A stretch of DNA of 64,000 nucleotides from Nitrospirota bacterium. Its GTDB lineage: Bacteria > Nitrospirota > Thermodesulfovibrionia > Thermodesulfovibrionales > Dissulfurispiraceae. Both the position numbers and the translations under genes were made by a program. Positions 25,883 through 36,958 of this stretch are shown one piece after another (positions within the stretch are counted from its first letter, which is position 1; every line of letters begins with the position of its first letter). The DNA is taken from assembly GCA_040758355.1 (NCBI GenBank), contig JBFLWF010000002.1, positions 102,915 through 166,914 on the forward strand, read 5' to 3'. The notes under the pieces are model-generated. The model was given only the letters and a program-made list of their open reading frames with translations. It was not told the origin of the DNA and searched no databases.

Positions 25883-27937
25883 ATGAAAAACAATATATTT
25901 GCAAAACCTGGAATGTCGCCGAAAGAAATTGTCAGGGCTGTTAGAGGCCTTAAAGGGGTTTGTTTTACTTCTGTTGGCATGAGGGATGCAGGGCAGTCCG
26001 ATTTTAAGAACCGTCACCGCATATATGACCTGAAAACACTTTCCCATTACTATAACAATATGGGGCTGTTCAGCGCTGAGTGCCACGGTGGAGCAAGGTG
26101 GCATGTGGGCATAATGAATAGAAGAGAAAGCCCCTTTGAGGAGATAAATATCCTCAGGGAGCTTATGCCAGACGTCTTGCTGCAGACGCTTATAAGGGAG
26201 ACCAACCTCTGGGGGTACAGGCCATATCCTAAAAATGTTATCGAGTACGTTGTATCAAAGGTTGATATAGATGTCTGGAGATGTTTCTCCTTTCTTAACG
26301 ATGTGAGGAATATGCGTGCAGTTGCAGAAGTTGTGATGAAAAGGGGGAGGCTCTTTGAGCCCACCATATCTTTCACTGTAGCGGATTGGGCAACAAACGA
26401 CTATTATTTAAGCGTGGTGCGTGATATTGTTGACCTCTGCGGTGGTGTTGACGAGATAGTCCTTTGCATTAAGGACATGGCAGGCGTTGGCGATGTCAAC
26501 AGGATCGGCAATCTCATAGATGCGATAAAACAGGCATATCCAGAACTTGTTATCAATTATCACAGACACATAACAGACGGGCTTGCCGTACCTGCATTTT
26601 TATCCGCTGCAAAGGCAGGCGCAAAGATATTCGATATAGAGGAGGATTCTTTAGTCCGCTTTTATGGCCATTCTCCAATATTAGGCATTCATGCAATCTT
26701 TGAAGAATCAGGTGTTCAGGTGCATCTTAACAGGACAGAGGCAGAGGCTGCTGTCCAAAAGGTTAGGGAGTGGATAGGGCATTATGAATGGGCTGAATCT
26801 CCTTTTAAAGGACTCGACCACACAGTAACGCTCCATAAAATGCCAGGCGGCGCATTCCCAAGCTCATTTGAGCAGGCACAGAAGGCTGAGTTCCTTCATC
26901 TGATGCCCGCCGTATTAAAAATGATGTCCCTTTATAACAGGATTGTGAAATATTTTGATGTCACTCCAGGCTCGCAGATTACATGGGTTACAAGCAGCGG
27001 GATAATAAACAGGTATGCAAAGGAGCGCGGGGACGCGGGGGTCAGACATATAATCGAACTAATGACAAAATTTGTTGAAGAAAAGGCACAGGACTTTAAT
27101 GCCATGGAAAAAGAAGATCAGGAGGAACTACTTACGCTTTTCAGAAATGCGCCTGGAGATTTTAAGAACCTGCTCCTCGGAAATTACGGGAAGCTACCTG
27201 TAGGATGGCCTGCAGAATGGGTATACAAAAGTACATTCGGCGATGAATGGAAGGAAAAGATTAAAGAACGGAAAGAGCTTTCCCCCCTTGATTCGGTGTC
27301 TGAAGATGACCTCGAAAAGATTAGAAGGGAGCTGTCAGACAACCTCGGCAGAGAGGCATCAGAGGAAGAGTTTATCCTGTACCTTATGCACCCGAAGGAT
27401 GCACTTGAATTTATCGAATTTAAGGAAAAATATGGCGAAGCCCCTCTTGCGCTTCCGACCAATGTCTGGAGAGAAGGCCTGAAAAAGCCCGGCGAAAGAG
27501 TGGATTTCGAACTCTGGGGCAAGCCCTACACTATAGAGCTTGTATCCATAGGTGCTGAGCACGAGGGTATAATTCATGTTGTGATGAGGGTCAATAACAA
27601 GACAAGGGTTTATAAGGTAGAGACGCCGAGGGCAAAGAAGGTTGAAATAAGGATGGCAAAAGGGCCAAACGAGATAGGCGCACCTATAAACGGCAACATC
27701 TGGAGGATCGGTAATCCTGAAAGAGGCGCCCTCAAAGTCGGAGATATTGTCCACAAAGGAGAGGAGATTGCAAACCTTGAGGCGATGAAGATGGAGAATG
27801 CCATTATAGCTCCATTCGATGGACAGATTGCAGAGGTTTGCGTCAAGCTCAATGATACGGTACAGGAAGGGCAGCTCCTCTTTGTCCTTGAGAAGGTGCA
27901 GATTAAGGAACAGGAACCAATAGGAAGGATCGATTAG
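25883..27937 (+). CDS. pycB: Carboxyltransferase plus biotin carrier subunit (pyruvate-carboxylase subunit B-like, divergent)
   Basis: RDAGQS, IKDMAG, HRH, VTPGS, EAMKM; start moved past the heptamer repeats. Confidence 0.7.
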   Translation: MKNNIFAKPGMSPKEIVRAVRGLKGVCFTSVGMRDAGQSDFKNRHRIYDLKTLSHYYNNMGLFSAECHGGARWHVGIMNRRESPFEEINILRELMPDVLLQTLIRETNLWGYRPYPKNVIEYVVSKVDIDVWRCFSFLNDVRNMRAVAEVVMKRGRLFEPTISFTVADWATNDYYLSVVRDIVDLCGGVDEIVLCIKDMAGVGDVNRIGNLIDAIKQAYPELVINYHRHITDGLAVPAFLSAAKAGAKIFDIEEDSLVRFYGHSPILGIHAIFEESGVQVHLNRTEAEAAVQKVREWIGHYEWAESPFKGLDHTVTLHKMPGGAFPSSFEQAQKAEFLHLMPAVLKMMSLYNRIVKYFDVTPGSQITWVTSSGIINRYAKERGDAGVRHIIELMTKFVEEKAQDFNAMEKEDQEELLTLFRNAPGDFKNLLLGNYGKLPVGWPAEWVYKSTFGDEWKEKIKERKELSPLDSVSEDDLEKIRRELSDNLGREASEEEFILYLMHPKDALEFIEFKEKYGEAPLALPTNVWREGLKKPGERVDFELWGKPYTIELVSIGAEHEGIIHVVMRVNNKTRVYKVETPRAKKVEIRMAKGPNEIGAPINGNIWRIGNPERGALKVGDIVHKGEEIANLEAMKMENAIIAPFDGQIAEVCVKLNDTVQEGQLLFVLEKVQIKEQEPIGRID

Positions 27938-27984
27938 TTACTTATATTGACATAATCTTAGATTTCGGTTAGTCTATTTTAACA

Positions 27985-28089
27985 GTAAAGGGGAGTAGCT
28001 GAAGCAGCGGCTATCGTCAACACGGCAACAAAGCCCGGTACCGCTGGCCAATATTAATGATTGAATAAGCTGGCAAGCAAGACCTTTAC
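27985..28089 (+). ncRNA. yybP-ykoY manganese riboswitch aptamer (second copy)
   Basis: gtaaaGGGGAGTAGC...TCGTCAACAC...CCGG...GCAAGACCtttac; TTGACA-17-TAGTCT promoter. Confidence 0.85.
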
Positions 28090-28124
28090 CACGACGATTT
28101 ATCATCGTGGTAAAGGTCTTTTTT
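28080..28124 (+). terminator. Riboswitch terminator
   Basis: agacctttaccacga...tcgtggtaaaggtct plus T-tract. Confidence 0.8.
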
Positions 28125-28134
28125 ATCGAGTCGG

Positions 28135-28758
28135 ATGAAGAAACTTTATAAAGGCATTCACAAATTTCAGGAGTCATATTTCAAGAAAGAAGAGGATTTC
28201 TTTAAGAGGATTTCCAAAGGGCAGACGCCTGACGTGCTTTTTATAACCTGTTCTGATTCGAGGGTTGATCCAAATCTTGTCACACAGAGCAAACCCGGTG
28301 AACTTTTCATCGTAAGGAATGTCGGCAACATCATTCCCCCTTACGATGCGATAAAGGACAAAAACAGTGTTGTAGCAGCAATTGAGTTTGCAGTTCTCGA
28401 TCTAAAGGTAAAAGATATTATTGTCTGCGGGCACTCAAATTGCGGCGCAATGCAGGCCATTTTCAAGGACGAGAAAGAATTTGACAATATGCCACATCTC
28501 AGGGATTGGCTGAGGTTAGCGTTGCCTGTGAAGAAAATGATAGAAAAATATTGTCCCAACGCTCATGGCGAATCACGACAGAGGATTGCGGAGGAAGAAA
28601 ATATCCTTGCCCAATTGCAGAATATTCAGACCTATCCTTTTGTGGTACAGGCATTGAAGAAAGGAAAAATCTATCTCCACGGCTGGTATTATAATATCGA
28701 AACAGGCAGGATATGCGCTTATAATCCAAAGAAGGATATGTTCGAGGAGATTATTTAA
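28135..28758 (+). CDS. can: Beta-class carbonic anhydrase
   Basis: CSDSR, RNVGN, HSNCGA. Confidence 0.93.
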   Translation: MKKLYKGIHKFQESYFKKEEDFFKRISKGQTPDVLFITCSDSRVDPNLVTQSKPGELFIVRNVGNIIPPYDAIKDKNSVVAAIEFAVLDLKVKDIIVCGHSNCGAMQAIFKDEKEFDNMPHLRDWLRLALPVKKMIEKYCPNAHGESRQRIAEEENILAQLQNIQTYPFVVQALKKGKIYLHGWYYNIETGRICAYNPKKDMFEEII

Positions 28759-29210
28759 TGGAAAAGTTGCTCGAAAAAAGCAAAAACCTGATTTTAATTG
28801 CTGTCGTCTCCTCATTAGCGGCATCCATTGCAGCCTTTCTATGGGGTGCAGCAAAAACCATTACTATCATACTGAATCTTGTTGTCAGCTATGGCAAAGA
28901 CCCGTTAGCTGCAATAGCACTGATAGAACTTATGGATACGTTTCTTATCGCTACTGCCCTTTTCATTTTTGCAGTTGGCATGTATGAACTTTTTATCAAG
29001 GACATAAATCTTCCTGGATGGCTTGTAATACACAATCTTCATGACCTTAAGGCAAAACTCGGCAGTGTTATCATCCTTGTGATGGCTGTTATATTTCTTA
29101 AACATCTCGTTGAATGGAAAGACCCGCAGGGAACACTTTTTTACGGGATTGCGATAGCAGTTGTTTCTGCATCCCTCATAGCATTCAGCCATTTTGGAGG
29201 AAAAGACTAA
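28758..29210 (+). CDS. YqhA/UPF0114 membrane protein
   Basis: IELMDTFLIA, GMYELFI, DLKAKL. Confidence 0.8.
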   Translation: MEKLLEKSKNLILIAVVSSLAASIAAFLWGAAKTITIILNLVVSYGKDPLAAIALIELMDTFLIATALFIFAVGMYELFIKDINLPGWLVIHNLHDLKAKLGSVIILVMAVIFLKHLVEWKDPQGTLFYGIAIAVVSASLIAFSHFGGKD

Positions 29211-29228
29211 AATATAGGAGGCAAAAGT

Positions 29229-29483
29229 ATGATATGTCCAAGGTGTAAGAGCGAATTAAATGAAACGGCGAAACACGGAGTGGTTATTGACCACTGCCTT
29301 TCCTGCGGCGGTATCTGGCTTGACAAAGGAGAAATGGCTAAAATCATAGGCCAGATAAAACAGGCTGAGTCTTCGCTGGATGAAGAATTTAAGCCGCTCT
29401 GGAAAGAGAAACATGAATATTACGACAAATACAGGCATAAAAAGAAGTCAAAATTCGAAAAGATATTCGATATCTTTGATTAA
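29229..29483 (+). CDS. zf-TFIIB zinc-ribbon protein
   Basis: CPRC...IDHCLSCGGIWLDKGE. Confidence 0.85.
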   Translation: MICPRCKSELNETAKHGVVIDHCLSCGGIWLDKGEMAKIIGQIKQAESSLDEEFKPLWKEKHEYYDKYRHKKKSKFEKIFDIFD

Positions 29484-29486
29484 CTT

Positions 29487-29732
29487 ATGAACACATTCAT
29501 ATTCAAGACCGTCAGACAGGCAAAAAGGCTGATAATAGCAACAATTGGCTTTGCGGTGCTCGGCATCGGTCTTGCGATGATTGTGCTGCCTGGGCCTGCT
29601 TTTATTGTAATACCGGTTGGATTGGGAATCCTTGCCACAGAATTTTTCTGGGCAAGGAATTTATTAAATAAGGTAAAAACTAAATTGCAAAAAGCAAAAG
29701 GAGGGAATAGTTATGGTAAGAAAACCGAGTGA
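29487..29732 (+). CDS. PGPGW-domain membrane protein
   Basis: VLPGPA..IPVGLGILATEFFWA. Confidence 0.85.
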   Translation: MNTFIFKTVRQAKRLIIATIGFAVLGIGLAMIVLPGPAFIVIPVGLGILATEFFWARNLLNKVKTKLQKAKGGNSYGKKTE

Positions 29733-30018
29733 ACTGGAAGAGGAGTACATGGCAAGGATGGAGTATGAAAAAAGAAAGAAGCTCGAAGAGGAAAAACACA
29801 AGAAGCTTGCTGAAGATGAAAAGAAGAGGTTAAAGGATCTCCATCATATGAGATGCCCTAAATGCGGCATGGAGTTGATAGAAATCGATTACAAGGAGAT
29901 AAAGGTGGATAAGTGCTCCGAATGCGAAGGCATATGGCTCGATGCTGGAGAGCTTGAGGCTGTGTCAAGACTCGAGAAAACAGGGCTCGATAAGCTGTTT
30001 AGTGTATTCAAAAAATAA
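29713..30018 (+). CDS. zf-TFIIB zinc-ribbon protein with N-terminal coiled coil
   Basis: EEEY..., CPKCG...VDKCSECEGIWLDAGE. Confidence 0.85.
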   Translation: MVRKPSELEEEYMARMEYEKRKKLEEEKHKKLAEDEKKRLKDLHHMRCPKCGMELIEIDYKEIKVDKCSECEGIWLDAGELEAVSRLEKTGLDKLFSVFKK

Positions 30019-30074
30019 TTTATTAGCCATTGAGTCATCCAAGTTAAACTGTGACTCAGTATGAAAGGGGTATT

Positions 30075-32717
30075 ATGCGCTGGCACCAAAAAGAGATTAA
30101 TGAAGTAATTGAAGATTTAGGGTCATCTATTCAGGGAATCTCAAAAGAAGAAGTACAGAAACGGCTTAATGAATATGGCCCAAATGAATTAAAGGAGAAA
30201 AAGAAGAAGACCCCTTTCATGATGTTCCTTGACCAGTTCAAGGACTTCATGATCCTCGTCCTTGTCGCTGCTGCAATCGTGTCGGGAATTATCGGCGAGC
30301 CCTCGGATACCATAGCGATTGTTGTAATAGTCATTCTTAATGCCGTCATCGGCTTTGTTCAGGAGTACAGGGCTGAAAAGGCTATGGCGGCGCTGAAGAA
30401 AATGGCTGCGCCTGCTGCACTTGCATTGAGGGATGGTTTGCCGGCAAATATCCCTGCATCCGAACTTGTTCCAGGTGACATCGTAATTCTTGAGGCTGGG
30501 AAGGTTGTGCCTGCCGATATGAGACTTATAGATGTCGCACAACTAAAAATTGAAGAGGCTGCCCTTACAGGCGAGTCCGTGCCTGTTGAAAAACATACAA
30601 GGGCATTGCATGATGAGCATTTGTCTCTTGGTGACAGAAAAAATATGGCATACAAAGGCACATTTGCAACCTATGGTCGTGGTGCGGGGGTTGTCACAGA
30701 TACAGGCATGGATACAGAGCTTGGTAAGATTGCCTCAATGCTTCAAGAGGAGGAAGAGGTAAAGACACCGCTCCAGAAAAGGCTTGCTAAGTTTGGACAA
30801 AAACTCGCCATTGCTGTTCTGGCGATATGTGCCATAGTCTTCGGCATCGGCATCGTGAGAGGAGAACAGCCTTTGTTGATGCTTCTCACAGCCATATCCC
30901 TCGCTGTGGCAGCAATACCCGAAGCCCTTCCAGCGGTTGTAACTATATCGCTTGCCCTCGGCGCAAAGAAGATGGTCAAGCAAAATGCCCTCATACGAAA
31001 GCTCCCAGCTGTTGAGACCCTCGGCTCTGTTACATACATATGCTCTGATAAGACAGGGACACTCACATTGAACAAGATGACTGTGGAGGAGATATGGGTG
31101 GATGGAAAGATAGCCAAGAGTAGTGGAATACACTCCAATACTCCAATTCACCAGTTAATGACTGCCCTTGCCCTGAGCAACGATGCCCAAGTGGATGCCT
31201 CTGGCAATGTAATCGGTGACCCAACTGAAATTGCGTTGTTTAACATTGCAAAAGAAAAGGGCTTTGATAAAACGGAACTGGAAAAAAATTTTCCGAGAGT
31301 TGCAGAGATCCCCTTTGATTCTGACAGAAAATGCATGACAACCTTCCACAAGAAGTCAGAGGTTAGAAGTCAGAAGTCAGAAGGGGAAAATGATTGTGAG
31401 TTCATTTCTTTTACAAAAGGTGCAATCGAGGTATTGATTGATAAGGCAAGTAATATTCTTATATCTGAAGGATTAAAAGATATAGATAAAAATGAAATCC
31501 TCAAGACAAGCGAGAGAATGGCTGCCGAAGGACTGAGAGTTCTCGGTGTTGCTATGAGAGGATGGGATGCACTGCCTGGTGATATGTCCACGGATAATGT
31601 GGAGTCAGGACTTACGATTTTAGGTCTTGTTGGAATGATGGACCCTCCGAGGGAAGAAGCTAAAGAGGCTGTAAGATTATGTAAGACAGCAGGCATAAAG
31701 CCTGTAATGATAACAGGCGATCATCCGCTTACTGCAAAGGCTATAGCAAAGAGGCTTGAGATTATTGAGGGTGATGCAAAGGCAGTAATTACAGGAAGGG
31801 AGCTTGACAGATTATCTCTTGATGAATTTGAAGAAAGGGTCGATCATATAAGGGTTTATGCAAGGGTTGCTCCTGAACAGAAATTAAAGATAGTAAAAGC
31901 ATTGCAGGATAAAGGCCAGTTCGTTGCCATGACAGGAGATGGCGTCAATGATGCGCCTGCGCTGAAAAGGGCGGATATCGGTGTTGCTATGGGAATTACA
32001 GGAACGGATGTCTCAAAAGAAGCTGCGCACATGATACTCCTTGATGATAATTTTGCTACCATCGTAAAGGCAGTGAAAGAGGGCAGAAAGATATTTGATA
32101 ATATTCGAAAATTTATAAAATACCTCCTTACGACAAACTCGGGCGAGATATGGACATTATTCCTTGCACCGCTTATTGGTCTGCCAATACCGCTTTTGCC
32201 GATTCATATACTCTGGATAAACCTTGTGACTGACGGGCTTCCTGCCCTTGCGCTTTCTGTTGAGCCTGCAGAGGGCGATGTGATGAGCAGACCCCCAAGA
32301 CATCCGAAAGAGAGCATATTTGCTCATGGATTGGGGGCCCATGCCATATGGGTCGGACTTCTAATGGCCTGTATCGTGCTTTTTGTTCAGGCATGGTCTA
32401 TCAAAACCGGACATGCCCATTGGCAGACGATGGTCTTTACTGTTCTTTGCCTGACACAGCTCGGACATGTCCTTGCCATAAGGTCTGAGAAGGAATCGCT
32501 TTTTAAAATCGGATTGTTTTCGAACAAATACCTCCTGGGTGCTGTGATATTCACATTCATCCTCCAGATGGCAACCATATATGTTCCTTTCTTAAATCCC
32601 ATATTCAAGACAGAGCCGCTGACTCTCAACGAATTGGTGTTTACACTCGGCCTCTCATCTGTGGTATTCTTTGCAGTGGAGATAGAGAAGTTGATAAGGA
32701 GGAGAAGAAATGTCTGA
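30075..32717 (+). CDS. P2A-type cation (Ca2+/Mn2+) translocating P-type ATPase
   Basis: LTGES, AIPEALP, DKTGTLT, TGDGVND; start at MRWH. Confidence 0.92.
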   Translation: MRWHQKEINEVIEDLGSSIQGISKEEVQKRLNEYGPNELKEKKKKTPFMMFLDQFKDFMILVLVAAAIVSGIIGEPSDTIAIVVIVILNAVIGFVQEYRAEKAMAALKKMAAPAALALRDGLPANIPASELVPGDIVILEAGKVVPADMRLIDVAQLKIEEAALTGESVPVEKHTRALHDEHLSLGDRKNMAYKGTFATYGRGAGVVTDTGMDTELGKIASMLQEEEEVKTPLQKRLAKFGQKLAIAVLAICAIVFGIGIVRGEQPLLMLLTAISLAVAAIPEALPAVVTISLALGAKKMVKQNALIRKLPAVETLGSVTYICSDKTGTLTLNKMTVEEIWVDGKIAKSSGIHSNTPIHQLMTALALSNDAQVDASGNVIGDPTEIALFNIAKEKGFDKTELEKNFPRVAEIPFDSDRKCMTTFHKKSEVRSQKSEGENDCEFISFTKGAIEVLIDKASNILISEGLKDIDKNEILKTSERMAAEGLRVLGVAMRGWDALPGDMSTDNVESGLTILGLVGMMDPPREEAKEAVRLCKTAGIKPVMITGDHPLTAKAIAKRLEIIEGDAKAVITGRELDRLSLDEFEERVDHIRVYARVAPEQKLKIVKALQDKGQFVAMTGDGVNDAPALKRADIGVAMGITGTDVSKEAAHMILLDDNFATIVKAVKEGRKIFDNIRKFIKYLLTTNSGEIWTLFLAPLIGLPIPLLPIHILWINLVTDGLPALALSVEPAEGDVMSRPPRHPKESIFAHGLGAHAIWVGLLMACIVLFVQAWSIKTGHAHWQTMVFTVLCLTQLGHVLAIRSEKESLFKIGLFSNKYLLGAVIFTFILQMATIYVPFLNPIFKTEPLTLNELVFTLGLSSVVFFAVEIEKLIRRRRNV

Positions 32718-33588
32718 CATTGTAATGGAGACAAATTTTAGCGATATTAAATTGCTAAGACGCGGAAAAGTGAGGGATGTTTATGAACTTGAAGATTATC
32801 TTTTGATTGTTGCCACAGACAGGGTCTCTGCATTCGATGTGGTTTTGCCCAACGGCATTCCCGATAAGGGTAAAGTTTTAACGCAAATATCCATTTACTG
32901 GTTCAACCAGATGAAAGATATAATTGAAAACCACATTGTTGCAACTAATGTAAAAGACTACCCTCAAATACTTCATAGATATAAAGACATGCTCGAAGGC
33001 AGGAGCATGCTTGTAAAAAAAGCAAAGCCTATGCCTGTTGAATGCATTGTGAGAGGCTATCTTTCAGGCTCTGGATGGAAAGAGTATAAAGAAAAAGGAA
33101 CGGTATGCGGAATAAAACTTCCTGAAGGTCTTGTTGAATCTTCAAGGCTCGATGAGCCTATATTCACGCCGAGCACAAAGGCAGAGGAAGGGCATGATAT
33201 AAATATAAGTTTTGATGAAATGAAAAAGATTGTGGGAGACGAGCTTGGAGAAAAACTGAAGGATGCGAGCCTTAAGGTTTACAAGAAAGGTAGGGAGATG
33301 GCAGAGAAAAAAGGTATCATTATTGCCGATACGAAAATGGAATTCGGCCTTTATGAAAATAAATTAATCCTCATCGATGAACTCCTCACGCCCGATTCAT
33401 CGAGGTTCTGGTCGATAAAGGATTATCAGCCCGGAAAAGGACAGGACAGTTTTGACAAGCAGATTGTGAGGGATTATCTCCTCACACTGGACTGGAATCA
33501 GGCCTATCCCGGACCAAGGCTTCCTGAAGATATTGTGCAGAAAACAGCGGCAAGATACAGGGAGATACTGGAGATACTGACGAGATAG
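32710..33588 (+). CDS. purC: SAICAR synthase
   Basis: [28 protein letters not shown]. Confidence 0.95.
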   Translation: MSDIVMETNFSDIKLLRRGKVRDVYELEDYLLIVATDRVSAFDVVLPNGIPDKGKVLTQISIYWFNQMKDIIENHIVATNVKDYPQILHRYKDMLEGRSMLVKKAKPMPVECIVRGYLSGSGWKEYKEKGTVCGIKLPEGLVESSRLDEPIFTPSTKAEEGHDINISFDEMKKIVGDELGEKLKDASLKVYKKGREMAEKKGIIIADTKMEFGLYENKLILIDELLTPDSSRFWSIKDYQPGKGQDSFDKQIVRDYLLTLDWNQAYPGPRLPEDIVQKTAARYREILEILTR

Positions 33589-33589
33589 G

Positions 33590-34366
33590 ATGAACAATTT
33601 CCAAAAACTACTCGACATAATGTCAGCCCTTCGTTCCGAGAATGGATGCCCGTGGGATAAGGAGCAGACGAGGGAATCCTTAAAGCCTTTTTTGATAGAA
33701 GAGACTTACGAAGTGCTTGAGGCGCTTGATGAAGATGATCCCGAAAAGATAAAGGAAGAGCTTGGAGACCTCTTATTTCAGATTGTTTTTCACTGCCAGA
33801 TGGCAAGGGAGAGGGGCGAGTTTGATATAGATGATGTGATTAAAAAAATTAGCGATAAGATGATAGCGAGACATCCACATGTTTTTGCCAAAGACTCCGA
33901 TAGACAAAAATTTGAGACCTCAGAAGAAGTTTTAAGGCAGTGGGAAGAAAGGAAAAGGGAAGAAGGAAAGCTCAGGGAATCAATCCTCGAAGGCATTCCC
34001 AAGGAACTTCCCTCCCTTCTCAGGGCGCAGAGGCTTCAGGCGAGGGCAGCTAAAGTAGGATTTGACTGGAAGCGTGTGGAAGATGTGATGGAAAAGCTGG
34101 ATGAAGAATTGAAAGAGTTCGGAGCAGCTTTGAAAAGCAAGAGCCAGAAAGAGATAGAGGACGAGCTTGGAGATGTGTTCTTTGTCCTTGTGAATGTTTC
34201 AAGGTTTGTCGGGGTTAATCCTGAAGATGCTTTGAGAAAGACGATCAGCAAGTTCATCTCCCGCTTCCGTTATATTGAGATGAAAGCAGCGGATGCCGGC
34301 AAAAGCCTGTCGGACATGACCTTGGAAGAAATGGATGCATTGTGGGACGAGGCAAAAAAACAGTAA
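33590..34366 (+). CDS. mazG: Nucleoside triphosphate pyrophosphohydrolase MazG
   Basis: GCPWDKEQT, EELGDLL, RHPHVF. Confidence 0.95.
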   Translation: MNNFQKLLDIMSALRSENGCPWDKEQTRESLKPFLIEETYEVLEALDEDDPEKIKEELGDLLFQIVFHCQMARERGEFDIDDVIKKISDKMIARHPHVFAKDSDRQKFETSEEVLRQWEERKREEGKLRESILEGIPKELPSLLRAQRLQARAAKVGFDWKRVEDVMEKLDEELKEFGAALKSKSQKEIEDELGDVFFVLVNVSRFVGVNPEDALRKTISKFISRFRYIEMKAADAGKSLSDMTLEEMDALWDEAKKQ

Positions 34367-34482
34367 TTTTCCCTTTGACATTTTGAATTGCCTCATGTTA
34401 TAAAATCGCATCCCAATGCTTTGTCGTGGGATTCAGCAAGCCCCGAATTTAATTCAGGGTAAAAAAAGGAGGTTTTAGTAGC

Positions 34483-34686
34483 ATGGCTTTTGAAGGAAAA
34501 GTTAAGTGGTTCAACGAATCCAAGGGTTTTGGCTTTATCCAGCAGGATAACGGAGCGGATGTCTTTGTGCATTACTCTTCAATTGCAGGTAATGGTTTCA
34601 AGACATTAGCCGAAGGTCAGAGAGTTCAGTTCGACATCGTTGAAGGCGACCGCGGACCAAAGGCTACAAACGTAGTAAAAATCTAA
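34483..34686 (+). CDS. cspA: Cold-shock protein
   Basis: KWFN..KGFGFI, VFVHYS. Confidence 0.93.
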   Translation: MAFEGKVKWFNESKGFGFIQQDNGADVFVHYSSIAGNGFKTLAEGQRVQFDIVEGDRGPKATNVVKI

Positions 34687-34693
34687 CCAGATC

Positions 34694-34716
34694 AGGGCCC
34701 GTCATCGGGCCCTTTC
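34694..34716 (+). terminator. Intrinsic terminator after csp
   Basis: agggcccg-tcat-cgggccct-tt. Confidence 0.65.
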
Positions 34717-34939
34717 AATACCTCTCAAGAAATTAAATTTCTACTACTACCGAGATCCAGCGATAAGAATAAATCTCTTCCGTTCAGAAGCTCTGTTTTG
34801 ACAGTTCTAATGCTCCTTACGCTACAGCCGATCGCATTGATAAAGGCTTTGAAGACGTGCCTGCTTTGCCTTGCTTGCGGATTATGATCATTACTCCATT
34901 CTTGTATATTCCTTGCCTTTTCTTGTATCTTAATAAATT

Positions 34940-35785
34940 ATGCGTTTGCCGGAATGGATTAAAACAAAGGCATCAGGGCTTCATGGCACAAAGACCCTTT
35001 TGAGGAGCCACGGTCTCTCCACGGTATGCGAAGAGGCGAGGTGTCCAAACAAGGGGCATTGTTTCTCAAAGCCCACTGCGACATTCATGATACTGGGAGA
35101 TCATTGCACAAGGGACTGTGGCTTTTGCTCCGTGAAGTCCGGCAGTCCATCATTTGTGGATGCTGAAGAGCCTGAAAGAGTTGCAGAGGCTGCTCATGAA
35201 ATGGGACTGAGGTATGTGGTTATCACATCTGTCACAAGGGATGACCTGCCTGATGGGGGGGCATTGCAGTTTGCAGAAACCATTAGAGCTGTAAAGAACA
35301 AACTCCCTGATACAAAGGTGGAGGTGCTTACTCCTGATTTTAGAGGAGATGTGAACTCTTTAAAAACTGTACTCGATTCAGGGCCTGATGTATTCAACCA
35401 TAACATGGAAACAGTAAAGAGGCTTTATTATAAAGTGAGACCCCAGGCCGATTATGAGTGTTCCATCAATGTATTGAGGAATGCAAAAAAAATAGCACCA
35501 GATATTAAGACAAAATCAGGCCTGATGCTCGGATTCGGCGAGACTGTGGATGAGGTTGTCGAATTATTAAGAGACTTAAGAGGTATAGGGTGCGATTTTT
35601 TGACGATGGGACAGTATCTAAGGCCTTCAAAAAAGAATCTGCCTGTTGTAGAATACATAAGACCGGAAGTGTTTGAAGAGTTAAAGGAAGCAGCCCTCGA
35701 AATGGGGTTCGAATTTGTCGCAGCAGGACCGCTGGTGAGAAGCTCGATGAATGCAGAGGATATGTATAGGAGGAATAATGTTTGA
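34940..35785 (+). CDS. lipA: Lipoyl synthase
   Basis: [23 protein letters not shown]. Confidence 0.95.
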   Translation: MRLPEWIKTKASGLHGTKTLLRSHGLSTVCEEARCPNKGHCFSKPTATFMILGDHCTRDCGFCSVKSGSPSFVDAEEPERVAEAAHEMGLRYVVITSVTRDDLPDGGALQFAETIRAVKNKLPDTKVEVLTPDFRGDVNSLKTVLDSGPDVFNHNMETVKRLYYKVRPQADYECSINVLRNAKKIAPDIKTKSGLMLGFGETVDEVVELLRDLRGIGCDFLTMGQYLRPSKKNLPVVEYIRPEVFEELKEAALEMGFEFVAAGPLVRSSMNAEDMYRRNNV

Positions 35786-36956
35786 GTTTAACAGGATTAA
35801 GAGACTGCCGCCTTATGTGTTTGCTATTGTCAATACATTGAAGATGGAATACAGGAGAAAGGGCGAGGACATTATCGACCTTGGCATGGGCAATCCAGAT
35901 ATGCCTGCACCAAAGCATGTTATTGATAAGCTTTGCGAGGCTGCCCATAATCCGAAGAACCACAGGTATTCTGCGTCAAAGGGAATAACCCAGTTGAGGG
36001 TGGCGATTACCGAATGGTACAAAAGGAGATATGATGTTGATTTAGACCCGGAGACTGAGGCTGTTGTCACCATAGGCTCAAAGGAAGGGCTTTCTCACCT
36101 TGCCCTTGCCACTGTTCAGCCGGGCGATGTTGTCATGACGCCGACACCTGCTTATCCGATACATCCATACAGCGTGATAATCGCAGGAGGCGAGATCAGC
36201 AGTATCCCGATAGGACCCGGGATGGACTTCTTTGAAGAGATGGAGAAGACATTTAAAAAGACATGGCCGAGACCGAAGATGCTGATAATCAACTTCCCTC
36301 ACAATCCTACAACGCAGGTTGTGGAAGGACTCGACTTCTTCAAGAAGGTTGTGGATTTTGCAAAGGAAAATAACATCATCGTCATTCATGATTTTGCGTA
36401 TGCAGACCTTGTTTTCGATGATTACAAGGCTCCGAGCTTTCTTCAGGTTCCTGGCGCAAAGGATGTGGGCGTTGAATTCTTCTCTTTGACAAAGAGTTAT
36501 TCTATGGCAGGATGGAGGGTAGGTTTCTGCTGCGGCAATAAGGATGTTGTCGGCGCCCTTATAAAGATAAAGAGTTATCTCGATTACGGTATGTTTCAGC
36601 CGATACAGATTGCGAGCATTGTAGCTTTAAGAGGGCCGCAGGACTGTGTTGAGGAATACAGAAAGATCTATGAATCACGCAGGAATGTCCTGATAAAGGG
36701 ACTGAACAATGCAGGATGGAAGGTGGAGCCACCGAAGGCAACAATGTTTGTCTGGGCAGAGATACCAGAGCCGTTTAAAAAGATGGGCTCCCTTGAGTTC
36801 TGCAAATATCTTATTACAGAGGCAAAGGTCGCTGTGTCTCCGGGTATCGGCTTTGGCGAGGGCGGAGACAATTATGTGCGGTTTGCCCTTGTTGAAAACG
36901 AGCACAGGATAAAACAGGCTGTTGCTGGAATAAAAAAGGTGCTTAATAGAGGTTAG
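35778..36956 (+). CDS. alaC: Class I/II aminotransferase (AlaC-like)
   Basis: [33 protein letters not shown]. Confidence 0.8.
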   Translation: MFEFNRIKRLPPYVFAIVNTLKMEYRRKGEDIIDLGMGNPDMPAPKHVIDKLCEAAHNPKNHRYSASKGITQLRVAITEWYKRRYDVDLDPETEAVVTIGSKEGLSHLALATVQPGDVVMTPTPAYPIHPYSVIIAGGEISSIPIGPGMDFFEEMEKTFKKTWPRPKMLIINFPHNPTTQVVEGLDFFKKVVDFAKENNIIVIHDFAYADLVFDDYKAPSFLQVPGAKDVGVEFFSLTKSYSMAGWRVGFCCGNKDVVGALIKIKSYLDYGMFQPIQIASIVALRGPQDCVEEYRKIYESRRNVLIKGLNNAGWKVEPPKATMFVWAEIPEPFKKMGSLEFCKYLITEAKVAVSPGIGFGEGGDNYVRFALVENEHRIKQAVAGIKKVLNRG

Positions 36957-36958
36957 CG

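Noticed and set aside
34730..34930. Small ORF or sRNA between csp and lipA
   Set aside because: No convincing start/RBS, motif or stable structure.
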